Source: a virus
Lineage: Duplodnaviria; Caudoviricetes
Reading direction: 5' to 3' (one strand)
Length of the DNA: 64,000 nt
Virus record (IMG/VR): IMGVR_UViG_3300025141_014484
Location: 545-64,544 of that record
Of the stretch, positions 9,509 through 18,342 are shown piece by piece (the stretch's first letter is position 1; every line of letters begins with the position of its first letter). A program made the translations under genes and the position numbers. A model generated the notes under the pieces. That model ran no database searches and had not been told where the DNA came from. It saw only the letters and a list, made by a program, of their open reading frames with translations.

Positions 9509-10598
9509 AGCAAAACCTTATTTTTCAGATAAGTCGAAACAAAAAGCAGTTTTTTATTTTAAGGAAATATTAGATACTGGTAATCTAATTCAAGGAAAAT
9601 ATGTCAAAGAATTAGAGGACAAGTTTGCGAATTTTATTGGTACGAAATATGCTATAGCCACCAATTCTTGTACATCTGCATTGGAGATAGTGATTAAGGC
9701 ATCAGGAATAAAAGATAAAAAAATTCTTGTTCCATCACAAACATTTGTCGCGACGGGAAATGCAGTAATAACGTCTGGAAACACCCCGGTATTTGTCGAT
9801 ATGCATGAAGATACCTTGTGCATGTCTTTCGAATCAATTAAAAAGAATATGACCTCAGATGTCGCTGCTATTATATTAGTTCATATAGGCGGCCTGATAA
9901 CTCCAGAATATTATGAAATTAAATCATATTGTGATGAGAATAACATATACTTATTTGAAGATTCAGCGCATGCGATAGGCTCGAGCATCGATGGAAGAAG
10001 GTCTGGCACCCTCGGAACCGCGTCATGTTTTTCTTTTTATCCCACAAAGATAATGACTACCGGTGAGGGAGGAATGATAACAACTGATTCTGAAGAATTG
10101 TCCGATCTATGTCGAATTTACAGAAATCATGGTGGCGATGGAAGAAATTTCTATTATAACGCGTCGAACCACAGAATGACAGAGATAAGCGCCGCCATAG
10201 GACTAACACAGATTAGTGAAGTTGGTATGTTCATAGAAGACAGGAACAGAATCGCCTCGTCATATATCAGCCATTTGTCTGGTGTTGAGAACATTAGACT
10301 ATTACCCATTTATGAACACATATTTAATTGCTATTGGAATTTTTATTTTATTTTAGATGACAGTATCGACCGAGAAGATTTTAGAATAAAATTGTTGAAA
10401 CATGGCATACAAACAGGAGATGCATACTCTCCTCCTTGTCATCTACAAAAGGTATTCAATTCATACATAAGTTCGAATCAAGATTTTTCGGTCACAGAGA
10501 GAATTTTAAAAAACCATGTGTCCTTACCAATGTATACTGAACTGCAAGAGGACGATGTTAAATATATTGTTACTAGGGTAAAGGAGGCCTTAAAATAA
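9483..10598 (+). CDS. DegT/DnrJ/EryC1/StrS PLP-dependent sugar aminotransferase
   Basis: NSCTSAL, EDSAHAIG, FSFYPTKIMTTGEGG, SLPMY. Confidence 0.92.
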   Translation: MSTHIKYPRAKPYFSDKSKQKAVFYFKEILDTGNLIQGKYVKELEDKFANFIGTKYAIATNSCTSALEIVIKASGIKDKKILVPSQTFVATGNAVITSGNTPVFVDMHEDTLCMSFESIKKNMTSDVAAIILVHIGGLITPEYYEIKSYCDENNIYLFEDSAHAIGSSIDGRRSGTLGTASCFSFYPTKIMTTGEGGMITTDSEELSDLCRIYRNHGGDGRNFYYNASNHRMTEISAAIGLTQISEVGMFIEDRNRIASSYISHLSGVENIRLLPIYEHIFNCYWNFYFILDDSIDREDFRIKLLKHGIQTGDAYSPPCHLQKVFNSYISSNQDFSVTERILKNHVSLPMYTELQEDDVKYIVTRVKEALK

Positions 10599-11194
10599 TG
10601 AAAATAGCAATCCACCAGCCAGAACATTTTCCTTATATGGGATTTTTTCAAAAAATGCAATCAGTTGACGTGTTTGTGGTATTGGATGATGTCCAATATA
10701 CGAAGGGCGGCTGGCAAAACCGTAATAAATTTTTGAATAAGAACGATGTAGACGAATTCTTTACAGTGCAGGTCGAGAAAGGCGCCAATAAAAAATTAAT
10801 AAAAGATGTTGGTTTGGTGGACGGCCCCTGGAGAAAAAAAATAATAAAAAAAATACAACAGAATTTTGGCTTTGATTTATCTTACATATACAATAAAGAT
10901 AGTTTATTAGAAATGAATATGCTTTCTATTGAGTGGGGTAGGGACAAGCTTGGTATTAACACTGAGATGATTATGAGCAGCGATTTAGGCATTAAATCCA
11001 CAAAAACCGAAAGAATATTAGATATCTGTAAAGAACTAAATGCAGATGAATATGTTTGCGGACAAGGATGTCTAGATCAGAGATATGGCGCCTATCTGGA
11101 CACCGCGATGTTTAGTGATATTGAGTTGACAGTCCACAAGCCATCGCTAAAAAATTATTATTCCGTCATTTATAATGTATCGGAGACTAAGTGA
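10598..11194 (+). CDS. WbqC-like protein (putative aminoacyl/glycyl transferase for amino sugars)
   Basis: AIHQPEHFPYMGFF, FVVLDDVQY, WQNRN, ERILDICKELNADEY. Confidence 0.88.
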   Translation: MKIAIHQPEHFPYMGFFQKMQSVDVFVVLDDVQYTKGGWQNRNKFLNKNDVDEFFTVQVEKGANKKLIKDVGLVDGPWRKKIIKKIQQNFGFDLSYIYNKDSLLEMNMLSIEWGRDKLGINTEMIMSSDLGIKSTKTERILDICKELNADEYVCGQGCLDQRYGAYLDTAMFSDIELTVHKPSLKNYYSVIYNVSETK

Positions 11195-11853
11195 AATTTT
11201 TAGGTTATGATAATGTACTGTGCTTATCTCCACATCCGGATGATATTGAATATAGTATGATGGGCACCATTATGAAATATAGTGACACATCTTTTACGGT
11301 TTTGTGTCTAACTGGTGGAGGAACGAAGTTTTTAAAAGCAAAGTGTCTTAATTCTGGATATACAATAGATCGCCAAGCAGAAGTTAGAAATTCTTGGAAA
11401 GAGAATAATATAGATAATGTAAAAATACTTTTTTCTGATTGTGAATATCTGGAAGAAAAAGATAGAGACCCGGGTTGGATTAATTATTTAGAAAATGAAT
11501 ATACTAAAAGATATGATTATGATTGTATTTTAATGCCAACAAGAGATGATTCTATGTTCGAACACAGATTCGTTAATGGATTGGCCCCCGCGTTGACTAG
11601 ACACCACCCTATATCAATCGTGGAATATCGTACCCCAAGCACATTAAATTCTTGGAGTGCAAATATGTTTGTGGATATTAGTGCCCTTTACGACAAAAAA
11701 ACAAAAGCATTGAAATGTTTCGAGTCACAACAAGAAAAATCTTATTTTTCAAAATTAGCATTAGAAATGTTTCATACAAATTTTCAATGTGGAAAAAAAG
11801 GTATGATAAAAACAGAACAATTTAAAATTATAGAACTTTTTGTAAAGGAGTAG
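11191..11853 (+). CDS. PIG-L/LmbE family deacetylase-like protein
   Basis: LSPHPDDIEY, R.AE, C-terminal FVDIS...KKTKALKCFESQ. Confidence 0.8.
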   Translation: MKFLGYDNVLCLSPHPDDIEYSMMGTIMKYSDTSFTVLCLTGGGTKFLKAKCLNSGYTIDRQAEVRNSWKENNIDNVKILFSDCEYLEEKDRDPGWINYLENEYTKRYDYDCILMPTRDDSMFEHRFVNGLAPALTRHHPISIVEYRTPSTLNSWSANMFVDISALYDKKTKALKCFESQQEKSYFSKLALEMFHTNFQCGKKGMIKTEQFKIIELFVKE

Positions 11854-11861
11854 TAAAAAAT

Positions 11862-12734
11862 ATGAAAAAATACACAGTAATGTCGGCAGACTCAAATCCA
11901 GAATATTTGTTTTTTGTCCCATTGGCGTGCGCCTTTTGGAAAGATCTTGGTTATAATCCATACGTGATCCTTGTAGACAATGATGATATTAATCACAATA
12001 TTTTAGACCTAGTTTTGGAGACGTCTAAAAACGTAGGAGCACACGTAAATCATTTTAAACACATCAGCGGCTATAGAACTTCTACTGTTGCGCAAATTTC
12101 AAGATTATTTGCCGCCGCGGATCCTTTATTCAAAGATGATGATTATATTATAACAGATGATATTGATAAGTTTGTTATATCTTATCCATGGTTTAATCAA
12201 CAAAATTTTTCTAAAGATATTCATATCTTTGATATAGACGAAACAAATTATACGCGCCTCAAAATTGGGTATATAGGTATGCAGGCCCGGATCTGGAAAG
12301 AGGTTATGAATGTTTCGGATTCAAGTCTCGGAGAAAATGTTGAGAAATGTTTGGAAGAACATCTTTCAAAAGATTCTTATAAGAACGGACAAAGACTCTC
12401 TCAATTTGAAAAAGAAAGAGATGACGCGTGGAATCTAGATGAGTATTTATTAACAAAATCTGTCTTCAATAGTCAATATTATCCGGATAAATGTCAGATG
12501 ATTGAAAGAGGTGGTAACCATTTGGGACTTAGAAATGGCAGAATTGACAGGACTTTCTGGAAAGAAACCATGTCTATGTACCTTAGAGCACAACTAATAG
12601 ATGTTCATTTGCATCGAGATCCATATCAGGACTGGATGTGGAAAGACATAAAATTGATTATGTCGACAGTATTTTCTCCAAAGGAAATAGAAACCTTTCA
12701 GGAATATAAAGATAAATTTGTGGAGTTATTATAA
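11862..12734 (+). CDS. Hypothetical protein, probable glycosyltransferase-like
   Basis: YLFFVP, AQISRLFA, ITDDID (DxD), WNLDE, RIDR; gene context. Confidence 0.5.
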   Translation: MKKYTVMSADSNPEYLFFVPLACAFWKDLGYNPYVILVDNDDINHNILDLVLETSKNVGAHVNHFKHISGYRTSTVAQISRLFAAADPLFKDDDYIITDDIDKFVISYPWFNQQNFSKDIHIFDIDETNYTRLKIGYIGMQARIWKEVMNVSDSSLGENVEKCLEEHLSKDSYKNGQRLSQFEKERDDAWNLDEYLLTKSVFNSQYYPDKCQMIERGGNHLGLRNGRIDRTFWKETMSMYLRAQLIDVHLHRDPYQDWMWKDIKLIMSTVFSPKEIETFQEYKDKFVELL

Positions 12735-12735
12735 G

Positions 12736-13581
12736 ATGGAAAATTTTTTAGAGCATAATATCGATATTCATGAATATATCACTGGTAATCGGTTTATAGA
12801 TATATGCGAAACATTACAAATTACTTTTTGTAAAACTGATTATTTGAGCGACTATACGAATACGGAACAAAGTATATTTGTAACACATAATAGCGATTAC
12901 CACATAGAAAGAAATAGATATTCAATTAAACCAAGGAAAATAAAAAAATGGTTTGCACTGAATAAGGACTATGATGACAATAATATAATCTCTATACCTA
13001 TAGGAGTAGAGAGCATGAACTTTAGGATTAACCCCACAAGTCATATGGGGAAGTATTCTTCTAGAGGAAACGGCAAGGACTCTTTTGGGAAGGCAATTTA
13101 TTTAGACAAATTAGCAAAACAAAAAATAAAGCACGATAAACTGATATACTTGAATATGAATCCCGACACATTCAGGCTGGAGAGACAGCATGTTTTAGAC
13201 TTATTCGGTGAGGACCCACGCGTTACAAATAGAAAAAACCTCATATGGAAGGAATATTACGAAGATCTGGCGTCACATAAATTTGTTATTTCGCCTCGCG
13301 GAAATGGCGTTGATTGTCATCGAACATGGGAAGCACTTTATTTGAGAACCATCCCAATAGTTAGAAGAAGTGTGTGTATGAATGAATTTGAAGACCTTCC
13401 GATTTTATATATTGACAAATGGGAAGAATTATGTTATACTAATTTACAAGAGAAGTATGAAGAGATGGTCTCTAAGAAATACGATCTAGGTAAAATGAAA
13501 ATAAGTTACTGGGAAAAGAGGATCGCAGATGCAGCAGGCAGAGTTAATGAGTGCCAACCTCTTCCTGGCGCGAGGCTATAA
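12736..13581 (+). CDS. Exostosin/GT47-like glycosyltransferase
   Basis: HKFVISPRGNGVDCHRTWEALYLRTIPIV signature; ATG 12736 follows the upstream stop. Confidence 0.75.
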   Translation: MENFLEHNIDIHEYITGNRFIDICETLQITFCKTDYLSDYTNTEQSIFVTHNSDYHIERNRYSIKPRKIKKWFALNKDYDDNNIISIPIGVESMNFRINPTSHMGKYSSRGNGKDSFGKAIYLDKLAKQKIKHDKLIYLNMNPDTFRLERQHVLDLFGEDPRVTNRKNLIWKEYYEDLASHKFVISPRGNGVDCHRTWEALYLRTIPIVRRSVCMNEFEDLPILYIDKWEELCYTNLQEKYEEMVSKKYDLGKMKISYWEKRIADAAGRVNECQPLPGARL

Positions 13582-14298
13582 ATGAAAGAGATTAAATATC
13601 TTGAAACGGATGATGTGTTTAAAATTTTTCACGAACACGTTCTTCCTAATTTAATAGATGAATGGAAATATTGTCCTCTCCCGATGGAGAGAAACGTTAA
13701 AAATTGGAAGTGGGAAGGGAAAGACTTGCCAAGAGTAATTTCACTTCTAGAATTCGATGAGTTTATTCAAAACAATAATTTATCTTTCAAAAAAGCCTTA
13801 TGTATAAATGGTCGCGACGACCCGGAGTATGAATATGTGTCATGTTCTGATGGTCTTATAGTTAATTTCGAGGATGATTGTATAAACCACGATGTTCAAC
13901 GACTTGATATCGAAGAAAAGGGTTTTGATTTTTGTATGTTGAATCAAACCCTAGAACACCTCTATGATCCACTGAGCGCTCTTTGCCACATTTGTGACCA
14001 CATGTGCCCGGGCGGAATCTTATATTTTAATGTTCCGGTAATTAATTTACCACATGGAATTCCTTTTCACTTTTATAGCGGATTCACCCCCACGGGTATT
14101 GGCACACTTTTGGAGAGAGCCGGATTCGAGATACTAACAATAGGACAATGGGGCAATAAAGAATATATAAAGATTTTATTCGAAGAATATGATTGGCCTG
14201 ATTATAGAAAATTGATTAATCCCGGATTCAGTGATCGTGACCACCCTGTTATAGCTTGGGCATTTGCAAGAAAGCCCTGTACAAAAGGAGAAAAATGA
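13582..14298 (+). CDS. SAM-dependent methyltransferase (type 11-like)
   Basis: FDFCMLNQTLEHLYDP, MCPGGILYFNVP, FTPTG. Confidence 0.75.
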   Translation: MKEIKYLETDDVFKIFHEHVLPNLIDEWKYCPLPMERNVKNWKWEGKDLPRVISLLEFDEFIQNNNLSFKKALCINGRDDPEYEYVSCSDGLIVNFEDDCINHDVQRLDIEEKGFDFCMLNQTLEHLYDPLSALCHICDHMCPGGILYFNVPVINLPHGIPFHFYSGFTPTGIGTLLERAGFEILTIGQWGNKEYIKILFEEYDWPDYRKLINPGFSDRDHPVIAWAFARKPCTKGEK

Positions 14299-15041
14299 GT
14301 AATTTATATGTGATATCGACCGGCAGAAATCCGAATCATTTCCTGTATCGTTGTGTTTATTCACTCCAGACTCAATTGGCCCACCCAACAGAGCATATTG
14401 TTATCGATGACGTCAGCGATGATGGTACTCCGGACCTTATAGCCAAATTGCCGGAGTATGAGAATGTGAGTATAATACAAAACAAAGAAAGAAAATATAG
14501 ATTAAAAAATATATATGAACATGCAATTGATAAAGATCCTGAAGATATTATCTGCCTAGTAGATACAGATGATTATTTATCTGATGTTTATGTTTTAGAT
14601 CTTATCAAAAAGGGCTATGAAGAAAACCCACATGTAGAATATATTTACAGCCAATATGTTCTTTCTACCGGTGAGATCGGCTGCAGTAGAAGTATTCCAG
14701 ATCCTACATGGGATCCCTACACGGGGCCCTGGATAACAAGTCATTTGTGTACTTTTAAGGCTAAAGCCATTCAGGGGATTTCGATTGAGAATTTTCTTGA
14801 TTGGAACGGAGAATGGTTTAAAATTGCTACAGATCATGCTTTAATATTGCCGGTTATACATCGTCTCAAGCAAAAAACAGGAGACTATTCAACAATAGGG
14901 TTTATTAATCGTCCCACTTATGTGCATACTTTTCATGGAAACCCTTCCAAGCCAAGGAGTGGCACTCCGGAGGCGGATGCGCGAGCAGCCTTGGCTGTTA
15001 AGTGTTCCACATATATTAAACAAAGAGGATACATAGAATAA
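14295..15041 (+). CDS. Glycosyltransferase family 2
   Basis: VIDDVSDDGT, LVDTDDYL; AAGGAG RBS before ATG 14295. Confidence 0.85.
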   Translation: MSNLYVISTGRNPNHFLYRCVYSLQTQLAHPTEHIVIDDVSDDGTPDLIAKLPEYENVSIIQNKERKYRLKNIYEHAIDKDPEDIICLVDTDDYLSDVYVLDLIKKGYEENPHVEYIYSQYVLSTGEIGCSRSIPDPTWDPYTGPWITSHLCTFKAKAIQGISIENFLDWNGEWFKIATDHALILPVIHRLKQKTGDYSTIGFINRPTYVHTFHGNPSKPRSGTPEADARAALAVKCSTYIKQRGYIE

Positions 15042-15042
15042 A

Positions 15043-15465
15043 ATGAAAAAAATATATTCATTAGTAGATGAAGAAAGGTTGCTTCATATAATTTTAAGAG
15101 GTAAAGAAGTTACAACGGAGAGACTAAATGTTGTTGATGACGAACAGTTTTTACAACTAGCAGCAATGAGGTTGCCTAAAGGAAAAACCTTTAAGCCCCA
15201 TAAACACGTTATTTACCCAAAATTAACAAATATTGCTCAAGAATCTTGGGCTGTGATGAGAGGTAGCGTAAAAGCTATTTTATATGATATCGATGATGAG
15301 ATTATAGCAGAAGAAGTGTTGAATGCTGGTGATTGCAGTATTACGCTCTATGGTGGCCATACTTATGAAATTTTAGAAGATGATACCTTGGTATATGAAT
15401 ATAAGACGGGCCCCTATTTGGGCGTTGAAAGAGATAAAGAGTTTATAGAGAAATGTTTTAGATGA
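15043..15465 (+). CDS. Cupin-fold protein (WbuC/sugar isomerase-like)
   Basis: PHKH...QESW...GGHTY...EYKTGPY cupin metal-binding pattern. Confidence 0.75.
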   Translation: MKKIYSLVDEERLLHIILRGKEVTTERLNVVDDEQFLQLAAMRLPKGKTFKPHKHVIYPKLTNIAQESWAVMRGSVKAILYDIDDEIIAEEVLNAGDCSITLYGGHTYEILEDDTLVYEYKTGPYLGVERDKEFIEKCFR

Positions 15466-16007
15466 TTAAAATAAATATGGGTTGCGGATGGCGTAACTTT
15501 GGCACTGATTGGGTCCATATTGATGGGGGCGACTATAAGCACTTGGATGCACACGATATTACAAAGCTTTCATATGATAATGATTCGGTGGATTTGATTT
15601 ATGCATCTCATGTGTTAGAGTATTTTGATTGTGAAGAAGCTTTAGAGGCATTGGCAGAATGGAACCGGGTATTAAAGCCTGGGAGCACCCTGAGGCTAGC
15701 GGTACCGGACTTCGCGTCAATGGCGCGCCTCTACACAACAGAGAACCATTCCTTAAGTTCGTTTCTAGGTCCGCTCTACGGAAAGATGAAGATGTCCGAT
15801 ACGATGATTTATCACAAAACAGCATATGATATGATAACCTTAAAATCACTTTTGGAACGTACAGGATTCAAAAACATAGCGCGCTATGACTGGAGAGATA
15901 CCGAACATAGCCACATCGATGATCACTCTCAGGCGTATCTTCCTCATATGGATAAAGAGACGGGGACTTTGATAAGCTTAAACGTAGAATGTAAGAAAAA
16001 TCTTTAG
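15462..16007 (+). CDS. SAM-dependent methyltransferase domain protein
   Basis: INMGCG, VDLIYASHVLEY, RVLKPG, LAVPD. Confidence 0.85.
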   Translation: MIKINMGCGWRNFGTDWVHIDGGDYKHLDAHDITKLSYDNDSVDLIYASHVLEYFDCEEALEALAEWNRVLKPGSTLRLAVPDFASMARLYTTENHSLSSFLGPLYGKMKMSDTMIYHKTAYDMITLKSLLERTGFKNIARYDWRDTEHSHIDDHSQAYLPHMDKETGTLISLNVECKKNL

Positions 16008-16037
16008 AGCATTCAGTAAAAAGGAGGCAGCACTATA

Positions 16038-16643
16038 ATGAGAGAAGTAGATAGATTTTTTGCAGATGGTGGAGATGATGCCCTATTGTTTAATTATGAT
16101 TTGGACTCTGATAGCATAGTGTTTGATATAGGTGGCCATGAAGGGGCCCTTACTGCCGGTATGTACAAAAAGTTTGGTTGTAATGTATGTGTCTATGAGC
16201 CCATAGCAGAATTTTATAGAAACCTTAGTCTAAGATTTTTAGGAGTAGAAAAAATTAAAGTTTTTAATTATGGGGTGGGATGTAAAGATGAGCAAATTCG
16301 ATTTAATATGTGGGGAGAATCAACTTCTGCATTCGATCGCTCCGATAAACACCAGGGTCCAATAGAAATAGCAGAAGTAAAATCTTTTGCTACTGTTTTT
16401 AGGGAATCGAATTTAAATATGATTGACGTTTGTTCTATAAACATAGAGGGAGGAGAATATGGGCTGCTGTCTCATATCATAGATGAAAATTTATCTCCGC
16501 AAATAAGAAACTTTCAAATTCAATTCCACGATTTTATTCCAAACGCACCGAAGAAAAGAAAAGAAATTCAGAATATGCTCAGCGCCACTCACAAGATGAC
16601 GTTTAGTTATGATTTTGTGTGGGAAAATTGGACACTAAAGTAA
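16038..16643 (+). CDS. FkbM-family methyltransferase
   Basis: VFDIGGHEG, VYEP, INIEGGEY, QIQFH; AAGGAGG RBS. Confidence 0.88.
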   Translation: MREVDRFFADGGDDALLFNYDLDSDSIVFDIGGHEGALTAGMYKKFGCNVCVYEPIAEFYRNLSLRFLGVEKIKVFNYGVGCKDEQIRFNMWGESTSAFDRSDKHQGPIEIAEVKSFATVFRESNLNMIDVCSINIEGGEYGLLSHIIDENLSPQIRNFQIQFHDFIPNAPKKRKEIQNMLSATHKMTFSYDFVWENWTLK

Positions 16644-16653
16644 AAAGAGCCAC

Positions 16654-17523
16654 ATGACAACGATAAATATTGTAGGGTATGATACTTGGTATTCGGAAAG
16701 ACCTTGGTGCCGAGGTCTCTCTCAGAATCAAGAATTTAGTGTGGTTTTTAATGAGAAGAAAGAAAATGAGATAACATATTTTATACGAGACGGAATCCAT
16801 GAGGTGGACAACGTTGAGTCAAAAATTAAGGTGGCTCTTCTAACCGAATGTCGGCCATTTGATATACAAAATAGATGCGGCTTTATATCTAAAAATGCAC
16901 ATAAATTTGACCACATTGTCACATATGATGATAAATTAATTGGTGAATTGCCAGATAAGGCATGCCCGACCCCAGAGGGCGGCACATGGGTATGGCCTCA
17001 AGAGCGACAACAACTGTACGAAAAGAATAAGCTATGTTCTTATATAGTGTCGGTTAAACAGTCGACTGAAGAGCAAAAAATGCGAGTAAAGTTACTTCAA
17101 CTTTTTTATTCTCTCAAAAATCAATTCCCCACAATAGATCTCTATGGCCGCGGCCACAACCCATTTCCAGAGGATCATGATAACGATTATGATGGGAAAT
17201 CATTAATTTTGAAAGATTACGCTTTCTCTATTGCATTAGAAAACTGGATCCAGGACAACTATTTTTCTGAAAAAATTATGGATTGTTTTATGGTTGGAAC
17301 GGTTCCGATTTATATGGGAGCGCGAAAGATCGGAGATTATTTTAATAGTGATGGTATAATCATTGTTAATTCAATCGAAGATGTTTTAAAAGAGGTTAAT
17401 ACTTTATCGTTTGAAAGGTATAATAAAATGATCGATGCAGTCAAAGAAAATTTTGAAATTGCTAAAAAACATTATGATACGGTAGCTTATTCATATAACA
17501 AATTTATAAAGGATAAAAAATGA
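16654..17523 (+). CDS. Glycosyltransferase family 10 (alpha-1,3/4-fucosyltransferase-like)
   Basis: YAFSIALEN...NYFSEKIMDCF..GTVPIYMG fucosyltransferase motif. Confidence 0.85.
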   Translation: MTTINIVGYDTWYSERPWCRGLSQNQEFSVVFNEKKENEITYFIRDGIHEVDNVESKIKVALLTECRPFDIQNRCGFISKNAHKFDHIVTYDDKLIGELPDKACPTPEGGTWVWPQERQQLYEKNKLCSYIVSVKQSTEEQKMRVKLLQLFYSLKNQFPTIDLYGRGHNPFPEDHDNDYDGKSLILKDYAFSIALENWIQDNYFSEKIMDCFMVGTVPIYMGARKIGDYFNSDGIIIVNSIEDVLKEVNTLSFERYNKMIDAVKENFEIAKKHYDTVAYSYNKFIKDKK

Positions 17524-18341
17524 CAGATAAAGTATTGAGCAATTTTGTAGACAAACATTTGGGCAAGAGAATTTTTATTTTTGGGACCGGTCCAGGCTTA
17601 AATGATGTTACACCTGAGCAACTGGCCCATATAGAGGAAAATGAAATTTCCATAGGTGTTAACTTTACACCATTTCATGTTACGCCCACTTATTGGGTAG
17701 CAGGAGGTCATGCTACTTATACTGCCTTTGCGATCGAACACCTTAGTGATAAGACGACTGGGATTTTTCATCATGATCCAGGTGCGCGCAGTATGTATCC
17801 GTCGTCTGAAAAAATAGTATATACGGACGACAGCATCGCGCCTGACCACGGAAATCCAATCCCCCCCGACAAGATACCCTCGACACTTATTGGGGGCCAC
17901 AATATTTTACTCAGCGCGTCTCATTTGGCATATATACTGGGGGCGTTTGAAATTGTTTACATAGGATTCTCACAAGTTAATCGACTACACTTTTATAATT
18001 TGTGGAGCGAAGAACGACAAGAAGAATTAAAAAGTAAATTACGTAATTTAGCTGAAAAATATAAAGATAATGCTTCAATCGTGGAGTGTGTAAATGAAAT
18101 GTTAAACATAGACGAGGATGATGAACAACGCTGGTGCCATTTCAAGCCTGTTGATGTTTGTAAGAACCTCTCATTCAAAAAAGAGGGGAAAGCCCATCAC
18201 AACTATCCTATATTTAAAAATTACGTGGACCAATTCAAGGGAGAGGCGATTAGAGTGCTCACCACAGCCACAGAGGGAATATGCGTTGACGCCGGCGCAG
18301 GAATAGTGAAATTGGAAGATATTATTGGAGTAGGAAAATAA
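17520..18341 (+). CDS. Maf/DUF115 (MptE-like, WaaZ/CstII-like) putative CMP-ulosonate transferase
   Basis: IFIFGTGPGL, IGVN, LAYILGAFEIVYIGF, HFY; lies directly upstream of neuB/neuA. Confidence 0.6.
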   Translation: MTDKVLSNFVDKHLGKRIFIFGTGPGLNDVTPEQLAHIEENEISIGVNFTPFHVTPTYWVAGGHATYTAFAIEHLSDKTTGIFHHDPGARSMYPSSEKIVYTDDSIAPDHGNPIPPDKIPSTLIGGHNILLSASHLAYILGAFEIVYIGFSQVNRLHFYNLWSEERQEELKSKLRNLAEKYKDNASIVECVNEMLNIDEDDEQRWCHFKPVDVCKNLSFKKEGKAHHNYPIFKNYVDQFKGEAIRVLTTATEGICVDAGAGIVKLEDIIGVGK

Positions 18342-18342
18342 A

